Shown here: positions 12,905 to 25,610 of the stretch, piece by piece
Layout of the letters: every line of letters starts with the position of its first letter
How positions within the stretch are numbered: position 1 is the stretch's first letter
Assembly: GCA_964016885.1 (NCBI GenBank)
Contig: OZ024762.1
Span: forward strand, 3,224,001-3,288,000
Length of the DNA: 64,000 nucleotides
Source: Eledone cirrhosa
Taxonomy: Eukaryota
Direction of reading: 5' to 3'
Notes under the pieces: model-generated
What the model saw: the letters and a program-made list of their open reading frames with translations, nothing else
Databases searched by the model: none
What the model was told of the DNA's origin: nothing
Translations under genes and position numbers: made by a program

Positions 12905-12951
12905 CTTCCTGATGATTTCCTTCAAATGAAACAGTTCTAGTCCTGTAGAAG
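12905..12951 (+). ncRNA. Type I hammerhead motif with weak helix II
   Basis: CTTC-CTGATGA-TTTCCTTCAAAT-GAAA-CAG ttctagtc CTG-TA-GAAG. Confidence 0.6.
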
Positions 12952-13118
12952 CCACTTCTATATTAAATTTGTTGTATGGTTACTCCGATTGAACCCAGGA
13001 CTCATCTATATCTATATATCTATATATATATCTATATATATATTGTAAAAACATTGATGTCATTTTTCAATTCAAGAACTCAAAGTGCATTTTCCTCGCA
13101 GGAGTGACAGGGTATGTT

Positions 13119-13451
13119 TAGAATAAGGAAATACAAAGTTTAGATGATAAAGTCCTTTATTGATAGGGCTGTGATATATATTTCGAGGACATTGGCTACG
13201 CAATTCAGCGTAGAATCCACTGCCATGCTCTCTACAGACTGCTTCTTACATAATAAAGTTACAATCAAGGAGATAATCCAAAATTGAAGTGACAAGGGAA
13301 CGGACAAACAGAGATGTTCACGAATCGAATGCCCGTTCCCCTGACAATGGCTTCTACGCTGAATTGCGCAGCCTATGTCGTCCTTGAAATATGTATCATG
13401 GCCTTATCAATAAAGGACTTTATCATCTAAACTTTGTATTTCCTTATTCTA
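13119..13451. repeat. Inverted repeat with ~105-bp arms
   Basis: tagaataaggaaatacaaagtttagatgataaagtcc... and its reverse complement ending at 13451. Confidence 0.9.
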
Positions 13452-13524
13452 TATATCTATCTATATATATATATAGAAATGACTTCTACAGGATTAGAAC
13501 TGTTTCATTTGAAAGAAATCATCA

Positions 13525-13576
13525 GGCTTTCCTGATGATTTCTTTCGAATGAAAGAGTTCTAGTCCTGTAGAAGCC
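13525..13576 (+). ncRNA. Hammerhead motif of the 12905 family, one arm of a palindrome (inverted copy at 13481-13526, minus strand)
   Basis: GGCTTTC-CTGATGA-TTTCTTTCGAAT-GAAA-GAG..CTG-TA-GAAGCC; helix III carries a G.G mismatch. Confidence 0.55.
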
Positions 13577-13614
13577 ATTTCTATATTTAAATTTCTTAAT
13601 GGACCTATTATCTT

Positions 13615-13650
13615 TCTTCTGATGAAGGACTAGCGTCCGAAACGTTAAGA
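13615..13650 (+). ncRNA. Minimal type I hammerhead (Penelope-like-element type)
   Basis: TCTT-CTGATGA-A-GGAC tagc GTCC-GAAA-CG-TT-AAGA; palindromic ACGT in place of helix III. Confidence 0.75.
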
Positions 13651-13724
13651 CCCTCTTCCTGTTATATTGTGTTAACCTAATATATTCCTTTAACACCTCG
13701 TCCTTTTTCTTCTTATTATTATTA

Positions 13725-13781
<57 letters not shown>

Positions 13782-13971
13782 AAAGAGTCAGGACCCCAAC
13801 GGCTGAGCTCTGGCCATTTCGAGAGCTAGATTCGAAATGAGTTTTGATCTAGCTGTTGAAACAGCTGGAGCTCAGCCATGGGGGTCCCGACTATTTTCAT
13901 ATTACCCACTCTACTACCCTAAATATCGAGTACTCTGGTGTGTTATGGTCCACCTGGTATCTTACCACATC

Positions 13972-14002
<31 letters not shown>

Positions 14003-14903
14003 GCCATCTATCTATCTAGTTCCAGTCCTCTCTCCCTATACAGTTGGCTTAGCCACATGGGGTGCTGTTTACTCACATTACAAATTAATCCAGATCCAAC
14101 AGACATACAACCAGAAGCATTCCACACATGACCATCCCCTTTTGTTTTTTATTTAATAATTTTTCCAGACAATATTTCTAAGACTACATTATCCTGTTAC
14201 CTTGTTTTATTTTTCTGAGGAGGGGATTAAGCCAGAGGGTCTAAGATTTGAGAGATTTGGCTGACGTTTTTCTCTGTCGAATGATCACGTAAGTCTCCCG
14301 TTAACTCCAGCTTAGCCTTGATCCTTAATTGAAAGTGTTTAAATTAAGATTAATCACTTTTCTTCTTCACCCACTCATCCCTGAGAAGGTCACGAGAGCA
14401 GAGTCCTTAGACATGCTTTCCAAAGGGTCCTATCAAAAGCCATCATCTCCAATAATCTAACAGGATCTACCAAGCGAGAACAAGTTTACCAATGTTATCC
14501 AACCATTTTTCTCCTGGTTAAACACTTCCATATATATAATTACATACACATGTTATTTCATTATATATATTTCATTATATATATTTCATTATATATATTT
14601 CATTATATATATTTCATTATATATATTTCAAAGTTGCAAAGTTTTACGTATAACAGAGCAAAACATGTTCTCCTTAGACAAAATACATAGAAAATGTATA
14701 ATTTTTTCATGATATTTTGGTAGACAAACAAACTGGACAGATCAATGACCACCAGTATATAACTAGAAAAACCTCAGCACGTAAGGGTGGTACATGATAG
14801 ATATAAGAGATATCAACATGAATGGACCTGTTATTTTTATCTAAAGACATTTTTTCCAATTCCATCCTGCCCGTCCCCTTAATCTATTTTATTTCTCATT
14901 TTT

Positions 14904-14933
14904 TCTTCTGATGAAGGAATAGCATCCGAAACG
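14904..14933 (+). ncRNA. Degenerate copy of the minimal hammerhead (cleavage site deleted)
   Basis: TCTT-CTGATGA-AGGAATAGCATCC-GAAACG followed by the same downstream flank as 13651 onward. Confidence 0.55.
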
Positions 14934-17465
14934 ACCCTCTTCCTGCTGTATCAAGCGTTAACCCAATATATACCTTCCATATACTGTACCGATTGTGTTG
15001 TTATTTCTGTTTACCTTTTACATATATATATATATTCACATACACACACACACACACACAGTAGAGGTAGACCACGATAAACATGGGCGGAGGTTGTGAG
15101 AGCAGACCTCAGATCGCTGAAACTCACAGAGGAGATGACGAAGGACCGTGACAAGTGGAGAGATGCTGTGCTGAATAGGACCTGTCCAATCCTTGCAAGC
15201 AGGGAAAAGCAGACGTATGATGATGATGATGTATATATGTGGTGGTGTGTATATCTCTATATGTGCATTCTTGAGTACATATTGTGAGTATGTTTTGTTA
15301 TGCTTCATATTTCAATGAATGCAACCTTTGTGTATCTCCTCCAACCACACACACACACACTCACACTCCCAGGACAGGTTGCAGACCCATCGTCAGTCGT
15401 TTCGGTATTTGGTGGAGGCCCTGACAACAAGATTAATCACATCTTTAAAATCTCAAAAGATGTAAATTACTAATTCTTTTTTTTTTAATGTCATGATCTT
15501 ATTTTGAGGAAATTTGCCTGCTATTTCTAGCAAGACGAGTAACCGTTATGAGGCTCAAACACTGACTAGCTGAAGACGTTATGTTGTCAGGTCATTCTAT
15601 ATCCAAATGCGTTTCAGCAATGACCATGACCATACATACTGTCTAATTTTCCAGGTACAGTATACATTGGACTACATTATCCAACATGTCCTACCTGCTA
15701 AAAACAAAATGGTGTGTGATCTGACAAGAAATTTCGCTGCTATTTCTAGCAAGTAACAGATCGCAAAGAGTCACCCACATTGACATGTTGAATAGCTAAC
15801 ATGTTTGGGATACACATCCTCTCCCACTTATTTCCGAGAAGGTCGTGGGGGGGCAGAGTCCTCAAACGCTGCTTCCAGCGAGTACTGTCAAAAGCAACCT
15901 TCATATATATACACACACACACAGTGTCCCCCCAAAATGTATACACACTTATTAGAATGCTGTTGAAGTATGAATACATTTTGGGGGACTCCACATATAT
16001 ATATATGTGTATATATATATATATATGAGCAAGACATGGTCACCTGACTTAACATTGCCCACAACAGGACAACTCGTTTAACCCAAGCTAGCGTGGGAAA
16101 ATGGACGTAACACGGTGATGATGATGGTGATGATATATATATGAATGGAATGAGATCTAACTTACATAGACACAAGTAGTGGGATGGAATTAGGTCACAC
16201 CACCATCACGATGATCATGTGAGGCACCGCTCTACATATGGACGGCCAGCTTGTATAAGTAGACAGACAGGTAGAAGGAAGGAAGGAAGGAAGGAAGGAA
16301 AAAGAATGTCTTTGTTCTAAATCGGACAATGTTTCATTATTTCCTTTGAACAATACGTATAGTTCCCGCCGAGGTTGACTTTGCCTTTCATCCTTACGGG
16401 GTCGATAAAATAAAGTACCAGTAATGCACTGGGTATTTGCTGGCCTTGTGCCTAAAGTAGAAACAATTATTTCCTTTGAACAATATGTATAGTTGAATGA
16501 GTTCAGCTAGTAAGCTGAGGAGGTGTTTGACACGGCGAGAGAGGCCGGAATAATGTTTCGCTCTATATCACACACAAAAACACACATAATTCACCTTGTT
16601 TCTCCAGAAAGTAAACAGACACCACCAGGTCACGTAATCTTTATCTCTCCCCAGGTTAATTGTTTATTAACGATAACAAACCGATTTTGCTATAGGAAAT
16701 GTAGTAGTAGTGGTGAAGGTGGTGATAGTAGCAGTAGTAGTGGTTGTGGTTGTGATGGTAGCTGTATCAGTAGTAGTGGTTGTGGTGGTAGTAGCAGTAG
16801 TAATAGCAGCAGCAATGGTAGTAATAATAGTAGCAGCAGTAGTAGTAATAGTAGTAGTAGTAGTAGTAGTAATTGTAGTAGTAATAGTAGCAGCAAAAAT
16901 GGTACAAGTAGTAGTTATTTCCTTAGATAAACATCGGGGCAAAGATAAACAAAACGAGGTGAGACTAAGTAGGAGGAGTGGTATTTTTATTGTTTTTTTC
17001 TTCTTTCTCCTTTCCCCAGTAATTATCTATTATTTATTTTAAATTATATTAACGCATGTATTTCACCTGTTGGTAATAGCAATATAAAACAAATAAATAC
17101 AAGGTGAAAATAATAAAATCCGAGAAAACTAGCTCTAATACATTTCACTTTATTTATTTATTAATTTTCCTGTGAAATGTATTAGTGAAAGTGAAAATAA
17201 ACGTGCTTCCTTGTAACCAGAGAAACATGGCCTCTTATTATTATTAAAAACGATAGATATATTTCTTTCGATAGATGGTATGTGTGATCCCGTAACTCCA
17301 GATAGAGTCGTAGGGGCGCCGTATTGACATACAGCATTTCTTGGGCATTTTAGGCTTGGCGGACCCCATCCTTCACCAGGCCTGGGTACAGCAGATTTCT
17401 TCCAGAAAAAGGTAGAGGTTGAAAAAGCAGTTGATAGAGGTTGAAAAAGCATGCTGCCTTTTAGG

Positions 17466-17657
17466 TTACTGATTGACTTAGGATACTGATTAGCATTGAG
17501 CTTCTACTATCTTTACTGATTGACTTAGGATACTGATTAGCATTGAGCTTCTACTATCTTTACTGATTGACTTAGGGTACTGATTAGCATTGAGCTTCTA
17601 CTATCTTTACAGATTGACTTAGGATACTGATTAGCATTGAGCTTCTATTGTCTTTAC
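17466..17657. repeat. 47-bp minisatellite x4
   Basis: Unit tactgattgacttaggatactgattagcattgagcttctactatctt. Confidence 0.9.
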
Positions 17658-17777
17658 CAGGACATATATTGGTAAACTCCACTATAACCTATATATATAT
17701 ATATACTGTATATAGTATAAAGAGAAATGATAGGAGGCTAAATATGTTGAATTTCCTTAGTTTATTATTACTATAAA

Positions 17778-17833
17778 CACTATGTACATTTCAGTGGCCA
17801 GGTTGCGTAAGGACCGAATGACCTCATCAGGTG
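17778..17833 (-). ncRNA. Type I hammerhead motif
   Basis: CAC-CTGATGA-GGTCA..GGT..ACC.TGGCCACT-GAAA-TGTACA-TA-GTG; palindromic ATGTACAT. Confidence 0.6.
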
Positions 17834-19113
17834 AAAATTGCGTAATAGATTATACCAACGGAATGATGGTAAGCTTTAAGGAAACAAGCAAAGAGGGAAA
17901 AGTGTGTGCTATGTGTTTGGGCCATAGACGGACGTAGTAACATGCTGCCACGTTGTTAGCTCGCCTCTGATGTATGCGTGTGCAGGGTGTCCAAAAAACA
18001 TATAGACACTTCAACAGCATTGTAATAAAAGTGTGTATACAATTTTTTTTTTTTTGTTTGACACCCTGTATATATAATAATTCTGAGTGTGAAGAGCCAA
18101 TAGACAAAAATATACCTATTTTTTCTAGTGCGTGCGTGCGCGTGTGCATGTGCGTGAGAGAGAGAGACTGAGCGGAATGTGAATAAAATGAAGCATTCAT
18201 GACCAATGAGGAGAGGGGGGGGCGGAGAGAAAGATGCTGCTGCCAAGTCTATGAGAGAAAACAACGATTATAAAAGATATGCCGGATTTATGTAGGACAA
18301 ATGAATGAAAACGGATTATGTGAACTACATCTATCTCTCTCTCCATCTTACAAAAGTACAAGTCTAGTACTGTGTCAATTTCAATCATCTGTGCCACCAT
18401 CACTCCACACAGATTTCAGATGTTTTTGAACTTATTCAAACCTCGATTAAAAACCATAATCTTTTTATTTACATAATTCCTAACCCTACAGAAATGATTG
18501 ATCCTTTAAAAGGTTTACATAAAAGTGAAATAGGGATCTTTTTCAACACTATGATGCTATTTAATGTGAGGGTGCCTGGTTATTTCAGTGCCTTAGCCTC
18601 GCCATCACCCGTGGTAATGCTGCGATCGTGATGGTTTGACCCAAAGTGTTTAATTAACCTCTAAGATGTTAGGTGCGACCGATTGTCGCACCATCAATAT
18701 ATATACAGTAAAGATGTTATATATACAGTAAAGATGTTCACATGAGAAATACTCAATAAAATGGTTTCTGATTTAGGCACAAGGCGAACAATTTTGGGAT
18801 ATATCTGAAGGAGTTTCTTTTTTTTTCACTCTCCGACGAGTCTTATTTGACTTTAATAGAACATGCTCCTAATCCGAGTGGTGCCCATGGCACGTGCTAT
18901 GCTTGTCATACCCTAGTTATGTCTCTGCCTTGAGGCTCCATGTTCCACAACCATATAGGCTTATTGAACAGATGGGGGCACATCATGGTGTTAGCACTCA
19001 CACGATCTTAAAATCTTTTATATATAAATCTTTCTTTCTCGATGTTTACAGTTTGATAGTCCCTTGTGTGTGCCAGTGGTGGTAAGAAACTCTCAGGAGA
19101 GCTAGACAGCACA

Positions 19114-19264
19114 TCTTCAGAGAAGACCCCTTCACTCAAGACCCTTCAGAGAAGACCCCTTCACTCAAGACCCTTCAGAGAAGACCCCTTCACTCAAGAC
19201 CCTTCAGAGAAGACCCCTTCACTCAAGACCCTTCAGAGAAGACCCCTTCACTCAAGACCCTTCA
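19114..19264. repeat. 29-bp minisatellite x5
   Basis: Unit cttcagagaagaccccttcactcaagacc. Confidence 0.9.
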
Positions 19265-22200
19265 CGACCCTCTTGCTTATTTTAGGTCTTATCTCATCCT
19301 CGCTGCATTCGTTTATATCATTTGGTTTTCTGGATTCTAGACTCAGGTTACGTGATCGAGGATTTTGTTTGTGCTGTCTTCGCGTTTCCGATGGAGATGT
19401 CAGCTTTTTGATGGTTAAAATAACTACGAAATTTACAGTTAAATGACTTTGTACTATCGATGAAACAAATGTACGAGGGATGAAATATCGATCCTTTTCG
19501 TTTTCTCCCGTTTTTAGGAACATTTTGAAAGGCTGGTCTCTGGTAACAAAGAAAGCCATTGATGAAACATTGTTGAAATGGTTAAGTGTTAGGTCTGGTG
19601 GGCGTGAGCTCAATTCCTGCGTCAGTATATATATTTGTGTGTCTGTGTAGATGGAGACGTAATTCCTGGTGGAGTCGTAAAGACATTCAACGGTTCATGG
19701 CCATTTTAAACCCGTCTCCTCTCCGCGTCTGAACGCAGCTGATTTCTTCCAGAGAAAGAGAGAGAAGAAATGAGAAAGAGATAATATAGAAGAAGAATAG
19801 ACCTCAGTACTGAACTTTATCGATCTGGAAAGGATGAAAGGCCAAGTTGACCTCGGCGACATTTGAACGCCTGAGAGCCGGAACGAATACCGCAAAGTAT
19901 TTTATCCGACGTTCTAACAATACGAGGATATCCCAGGGATACCAACGGAATGAAAGCAATCTGCCTCTGTGGATTAAATAAAAGGCTCGGTTCAGGGGCC
20001 AGTGCGGCGCTGGATGGCACTGCCACGCCCTCGCATTTCCAATGGTACACTTTCCAAATTAGAGTTTACAGAAAAATATTGTGAAATAAGTTCCCCAAAG
20101 TCTTGACTTTCCTAACATCTCGAAACAAGAACGAAAAATAAAAATATGTTTAAAAGCAAAACGAATAAGAAAAAAAGTTAATCACAGAAGCTGGTAAAAG
20201 ATATTCCCAAAGGATTTATAATGGCCACCAAGAATTATTTAAAGCCCTTTCCCAAGCACTAAAACCTGGCGGTGGACCTGTCAATACACAACACGTACCC
20301 GAAAAAGGCCGGATAGTACAACGACCAGTGCCGGATTTAGGACAAACGGGGCCCTTGGTACTTAAATTATGAGGCCCCTTTGAACGTTTGACATTTGAAA
20401 AAAATTTGAAAAATTCATCGTAAAAATTTTGGGGGGCAGGCAGATGGCCCCTCTGGTCAACGGGGCCCTGTGCTGAAGCACACCTGAGCACAATGGTAAA
20501 TCTAGCACTGACAACGACCGAAATATTGTGACTAACAACCAAGAAGGAGACTCGTCCAAATATATCTACGTAGTTGTTTTTGTCTCTCAGAGATGTTTCG
20601 TGTGTAGAAACGTTGTCGGCATGTGATATTAATAATTAATTAATACACTCCCGGGGATGTGGGATAGGGGACAGGGGGTGTCTTTTTGGTTTGTTTTTTG
20701 ATGGATTTGCATAAATCCGTTTGACCATTTGCCAGTTTTTCCGAAATGCGCAGACAAATGCGGTGGATATTCTAGCCCATAAAATATTAATATGGTTTCT
20801 GATTTAGGCACAAGGCCAGCAATTTTGGGGGAGGGGAAAGTTCATTTAATCGACTCCAGTGCATTACTGGTGCTTTATTTTATCGACCCCGTAAGGATGA
20901 AAGGCAACGCTAACTTCAGCGGGATTTGAAATCAGAAGGTAAAAGTCATGGCTGGAACGCCTTTGGTTATTCATAAGTCTGTTAGAGCAGAGCTAACTTG
21001 GGAATTAAACATTATTACCGATGCTTTACTTTATCGACCCCGTAAGAATGAAAGGCAAAGTTAACCTCAGCGGGATTTGAACTCGGAACGTAAAAGGAAA
21101 TAAGGGAGGTGAGAGTCAGGCTGGAACGCCTTTAATTATTCATAGGTCTGGAAAAAGAGGACACCACTCCACTGAGTGTCGGATGATCGTACGAGAAATA
21201 TACTGAACTGATGAAAATCTGTTGAAGAACCGATCCAATTCACTTCTCAAATCGTAAAATCAGCGGCTTGCAACATTCTACTAACACAACACAACCCCCC
21301 ATTGTTAGCAAATCAATAAACCTTTGTGGCGCCACCACTCCACTTTTGGAGGTGGGCGGGGATTATCCCCCCCCCCCACCTCAATTATATTGTAACGAGG
21401 GTCGCTTAACGTTTCATGTGTTTGTGTGTATAATACATACATACAGACGCACTCCCACATATGAATGTGTGTGTGTATATATATATACATATATATATAC
21501 AGAGTGTCTCCAAAAATCTATACATACTTCAACATTCTAATAAATATTGCCTGTACAGGTGGCGTGTATACATTTTTGGAGTACACCCTGTGCATAACAA
21601 ATCGTCCTTTTTTATTATATATGAGGAAATATATATTCTTTAGTGTGTATGTATGTTTGCCACAGGTGTGGTGTCTGTTGCTAACCCTTATGGATTATAC
21701 ATATTTACAAACATTACAGTTTATAAAAATGTTTCAAAATATTTAAGAGAATTTTAGTATTTATTTTATTATTACACCAGTCTTCGTGAAAGGTGTTAGA
21801 TAATTATTGGGTGTTTGTAGGGAGGGGGCACAGAAAACCAAACATTTTAGACGATTTTCGAAGGCTATATTCGTTCATAACATTAAATCTACGAACTACC
21901 CTTTTAAAAAAAATACTATTATTACACCTTTCTTGGAGACAGGTAATAATTGTTTCTACATTTGGCACAAGGCCTGCAATTATCCAGTACATTACTGGTA
22001 CTTTATTTTATCGACCCCTAATGGTTTCTGATTAGGCACAAGGCCATCAATTTTGGGGGAGGAGGGAGTCGATTAAATCGGGCCCAGTACTTTATTTTAC
22101 CGACCCAGTAGGGATGAAAGGCAAAGCTACCCTCATCAGCGGAATTAGGCGGGTGTAATAATAAAAATTCAACATATTTCAATGTATGAAAATATTTAAA

Positions 22201-22962
22201 AAACGTAAAGAGATATTTGTCTTAATGCCTCAAGTTTGGGGAAACTGCTTGCTTCCTTGTAAAACATCCAACCCCGGAACGTATCTGTTCATCTTTTAAA
22301 TACGTGAATGAATGAATTGATGAATGGATAATAACATTGACAGATTTTATGTTGAGGTAAAAGACCGGAAGTTTTTATTTTTTTTTTAGGGAAGGAATAA
22401 TCGACTACACCGACCTCAGTATGTCACTGGTACCTTCTCTCTATCAACCGCCCCGGAATGTTGAAAGCTATTTTAAGTGAAGCCCAAGAACGTAAAAGAC
22501 ATCCGACTAAATAAATATATAAATACCACTAGGTATTTTTGTCCGACGCTCTGCTATTTCTGTCATCCACCAAACGATAAACGAGGGGAGATTTCTTATA
22601 GGGTTATTAATTAATGTAGAATTTACCAACGAGGAATTAAATGAGGTTGTGACACATTCGTAATATTTCTTTCTCAAGAAAAATCAGCGACTGGAATTGA
22701 AATTGGGTCGCTGGTTCAAAGAAGGTAGAGAGAGGCCTCGGGCTTGTCAGGGTTACAATCACTCAAAATATTTTTGTTATATAAAACAAGGAAGAATGTG
22801 ATAGGGTTATATATAATCCTATCATATAAATAAACAGGACATTTTATAAACACAGAAAGACGTGATGTTGTTGAATTTTAAAAAAAATTAATAAGGGAGG
22901 TGGCGGTATTTCTGATATAAATACAAGGGCAGTTCCAAAACTGGAAATATTTGAGCTTAGAA

Positions 22963-23021
<59 letters not shown>

Positions 23022-23255
23022 CCCAGCCAGGTGGGCTGCGATATATACATATATAGCTTTCTAAATATACATATGTAAGAGAACAGAAAATATGCAGAGA
23101 AGAAAGGGGAAAAACAGAGCTATAAAGATATACATATGAGGAAAAGCAAAGGAAAATTAAATATACGAAAGTTATGTTTAAGGATTTGTAAAATATATAA
23201 ATGTATATATAATTTTAAGGAAGAATAATAAAGAAGAGAATGTAGAAATACTGAC

Positions 23256-23850
23256 CTTGGCTATTATTTTAAGCGACAGCCAACATTGCTGGTTCCAATC
23301 AAAGCGAAGTAATACATAGAATGTGAATGAACTTATTGCTACAACTCTGCACTATTTTATTTCTTCACCTCATCACTCTCATCAAGCTATTCGTTACTTA
23401 CTGGAGTAAATTAATAAATATTATATATATAAATATTTATATATAAGTCATTGATTTATATCGTCTTGTTTTTTTTACTACATTTATTTCTGGTTAACTC
23501 TCTTTTCTTTTAATACCCCATCTTATGAAATATGTTAGCTTTATTTCATTTATATATTAATAAGAATTTACTGCAGCTGGTTGTCTACTAATAACTACTT
23601 TCGCGTTTTGTTTTTCTTTTTGCCTTTAATCCTCTTTTGTTTCTTTATTCTTTGCATATTCCTGGCTTAGATTTTATTTGGAGAAGCAGCATTAACAACA
23701 ACAACCACAAAAATACATTTAAAAAATACGACAATAATCGAAAATATAAATTTTTAAAATAAATACAGAACTATTTTCCTTTAGCGGAATAAGATTATTA
23801 GAGTGAACTCTACAGTTTGTAATCTCGCACAGAAGTGAAAGTATGGCGGA
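23256..23850 (-). other. Candidate first (5' UTR) exon of the minus-strand gene; 5' end approximate
   Basis: Strong minus-strand donor AAG|GTCAGT at 23255; repeat-free sequence. Confidence 0.4.
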
Positions 23851-24730
23851 ACGCGCATTTTTATCGTCCGCTTAAATTTTCTAAAATTAAATCTAAATCT
23901 CAGATGTTCTGATTTTATAAAACATTTTCTCTTCATTAGATTTTTATACTATTTCTATATATTAATTCTTTGAAAGAACATTTTGCCTTTAAAATTTAAA
24001 AGAAAAAAAAGTTTTTATTCGAAATCTTAATACATTTTCGGTTTAACAGGTGCTATTTTAAAAATTATTTATTAATCTGTCCGATCAATCGTGTTTTTAT
24101 AAAATATTTTATCTTCAATAGATTTTTTTACATTATTTCTATATTATCTATGATTTCTTTGATTAATCGCCAAATATTTTGTTTGTGTATTTATTCGAAA
24201 TGGTTTTGTTTGTTTTTCTTTTTTAAATGGATTTTAATAGGAATTTATCATCGTTGTCGTCGTCTGAAAACAACACAAATCGATATATCTAGTCGTTATC
24301 TCTGAATGGCAACTATTAGTTAGATTTTGAAAGGGCTTTGTACAGAATTCTTAGACATTATGTAGAAATCGAACCGAGAATAACAAATACTCGGAGCGCA
24401 GACCGTTAAGAGGCGCAATAATGAATCAGAAAGGATGACGGGTTTATTTTGCTATTTTAAAAAAATGATCGATAACTTACTTAGAACAAAGAAAATGTTA
24501 CAGTAACAAAACTTTTATTCCAATTAAATAACATAATGTATATAAAATGGACTGTAAGATGAGGTAACGAAAAAATAAGTTACTTTGTATTTTTTGTTGT
24601 TTCTGTCGTCCTAATATTTCGGGACTTAAAATTCCCTTCTTCAGAATATAGGGAACTTTCAGAGAAAATTGTTCCGGTTTCTTCTCTTTGGAATTAAATG
24701 TATTATAAACGTAATGTTTATATTAATTTC
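23800..24730. promoter_or_regulatory. Probable bidirectional promoter region between the minus-strand gene and AQR
   Basis: Repeat-free with local CpG clusters (atggcggaacgcgc at 23843, cggagcgcagaccg at ~24392), lying between divergent candidate first exons. Confidence 0.4.
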
Positions 24731-24733
24731 CAG

Positions 24734-24869
24734 TCATCAATAAATAAGTCGCTTTGCCTCGAAGCAGCGTTGGAGAGGGCCGTGTGGTGTTATGACCTTC
24801 CACATGATTTGACGTGGGTGAATGTGAACTGTGTGGTGGAAAATGCAGGCTTAGTCATTTTACTGACTT
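24734..24869 (+). other. Candidate non-coding 5' UTR exon of AQR
   Basis: The ATG exon begins with an acceptor, so an upstream exon is implied. This non-repetitive block is bounded by tttccag and gtaagt. Confidence 0.4.
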
Positions 24870-24944
24870 GTAAGTTTAAATAATTTAATTTAGAAGAGTA
24901 GGCGCATAATTGGGTGAGGGGTCGCAGATTGTGTAGCTAACCTA

Positions 24945-25610
24945 CAGTGCTAAATACCCAGGTACACATTGTGCTGTTAGCCCAGGGTGTTAAATACCCA
25001 GATACACGTTATAAAGCTAGTCTAGGGTGCTACATACTCAGATACATATTGTACAGTTAACCTAAGTCTCTAAATACCCAGGTACACATTGTAGAGCTAA
25101 TCAGGGTGCTAAATACCAAGTCACACGTTGTAGAGATAGTCTCGGATGCTAAATACCTAGGTACATATTATGGAGCTAGTGCATGGTGCCAAATACCTAC
25201 GTACGCGTTGTATAGTTAACTTAGGACGCTAAATACCCAGGTACACACTGTAGAGCTGCTGTGGGGTTCTAAATAGGCAGGTACACATTGTGGGGCTAGT
25301 CTAGTGCGCTAAATACCCACACACTCCTGTAGAGCCAGTCTTGGGTGCTAAATACCTAGACACACATTGTATATATAACCTAGGGTACTAAATACCCAGA
25401 CATACATTGTAGAGCCAATCTATGGTACTAAATACCAAGATACACACTGTAGAGCTAGTCAAGGGTGCTACATACTCAGACACACATTATGTACTTAAAC
25501 TAGTGCATTAAATACCCATGTATATAGTTAACCTAAGGTGCTAAATATCCAGGTACACATTGTACAGCTGCTGTAGGGTGTTAAATACCCATGGAGTTAG
25601 TCTAGGGTAG
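24945..25610. repeat. Diverged ~40-bp minisatellite
   Basis: Consensus gggtgctaaatacccaggtacacattgtagagctagtcta. Confidence 0.85.

Noticed and set aside
19114-19264. 29-bp direct repeats resembling a CRISPR array (also 17466 and 24945)
   Set aside because: Head-to-tail units with no unique spacers, no cas genes and a eukaryotic context.
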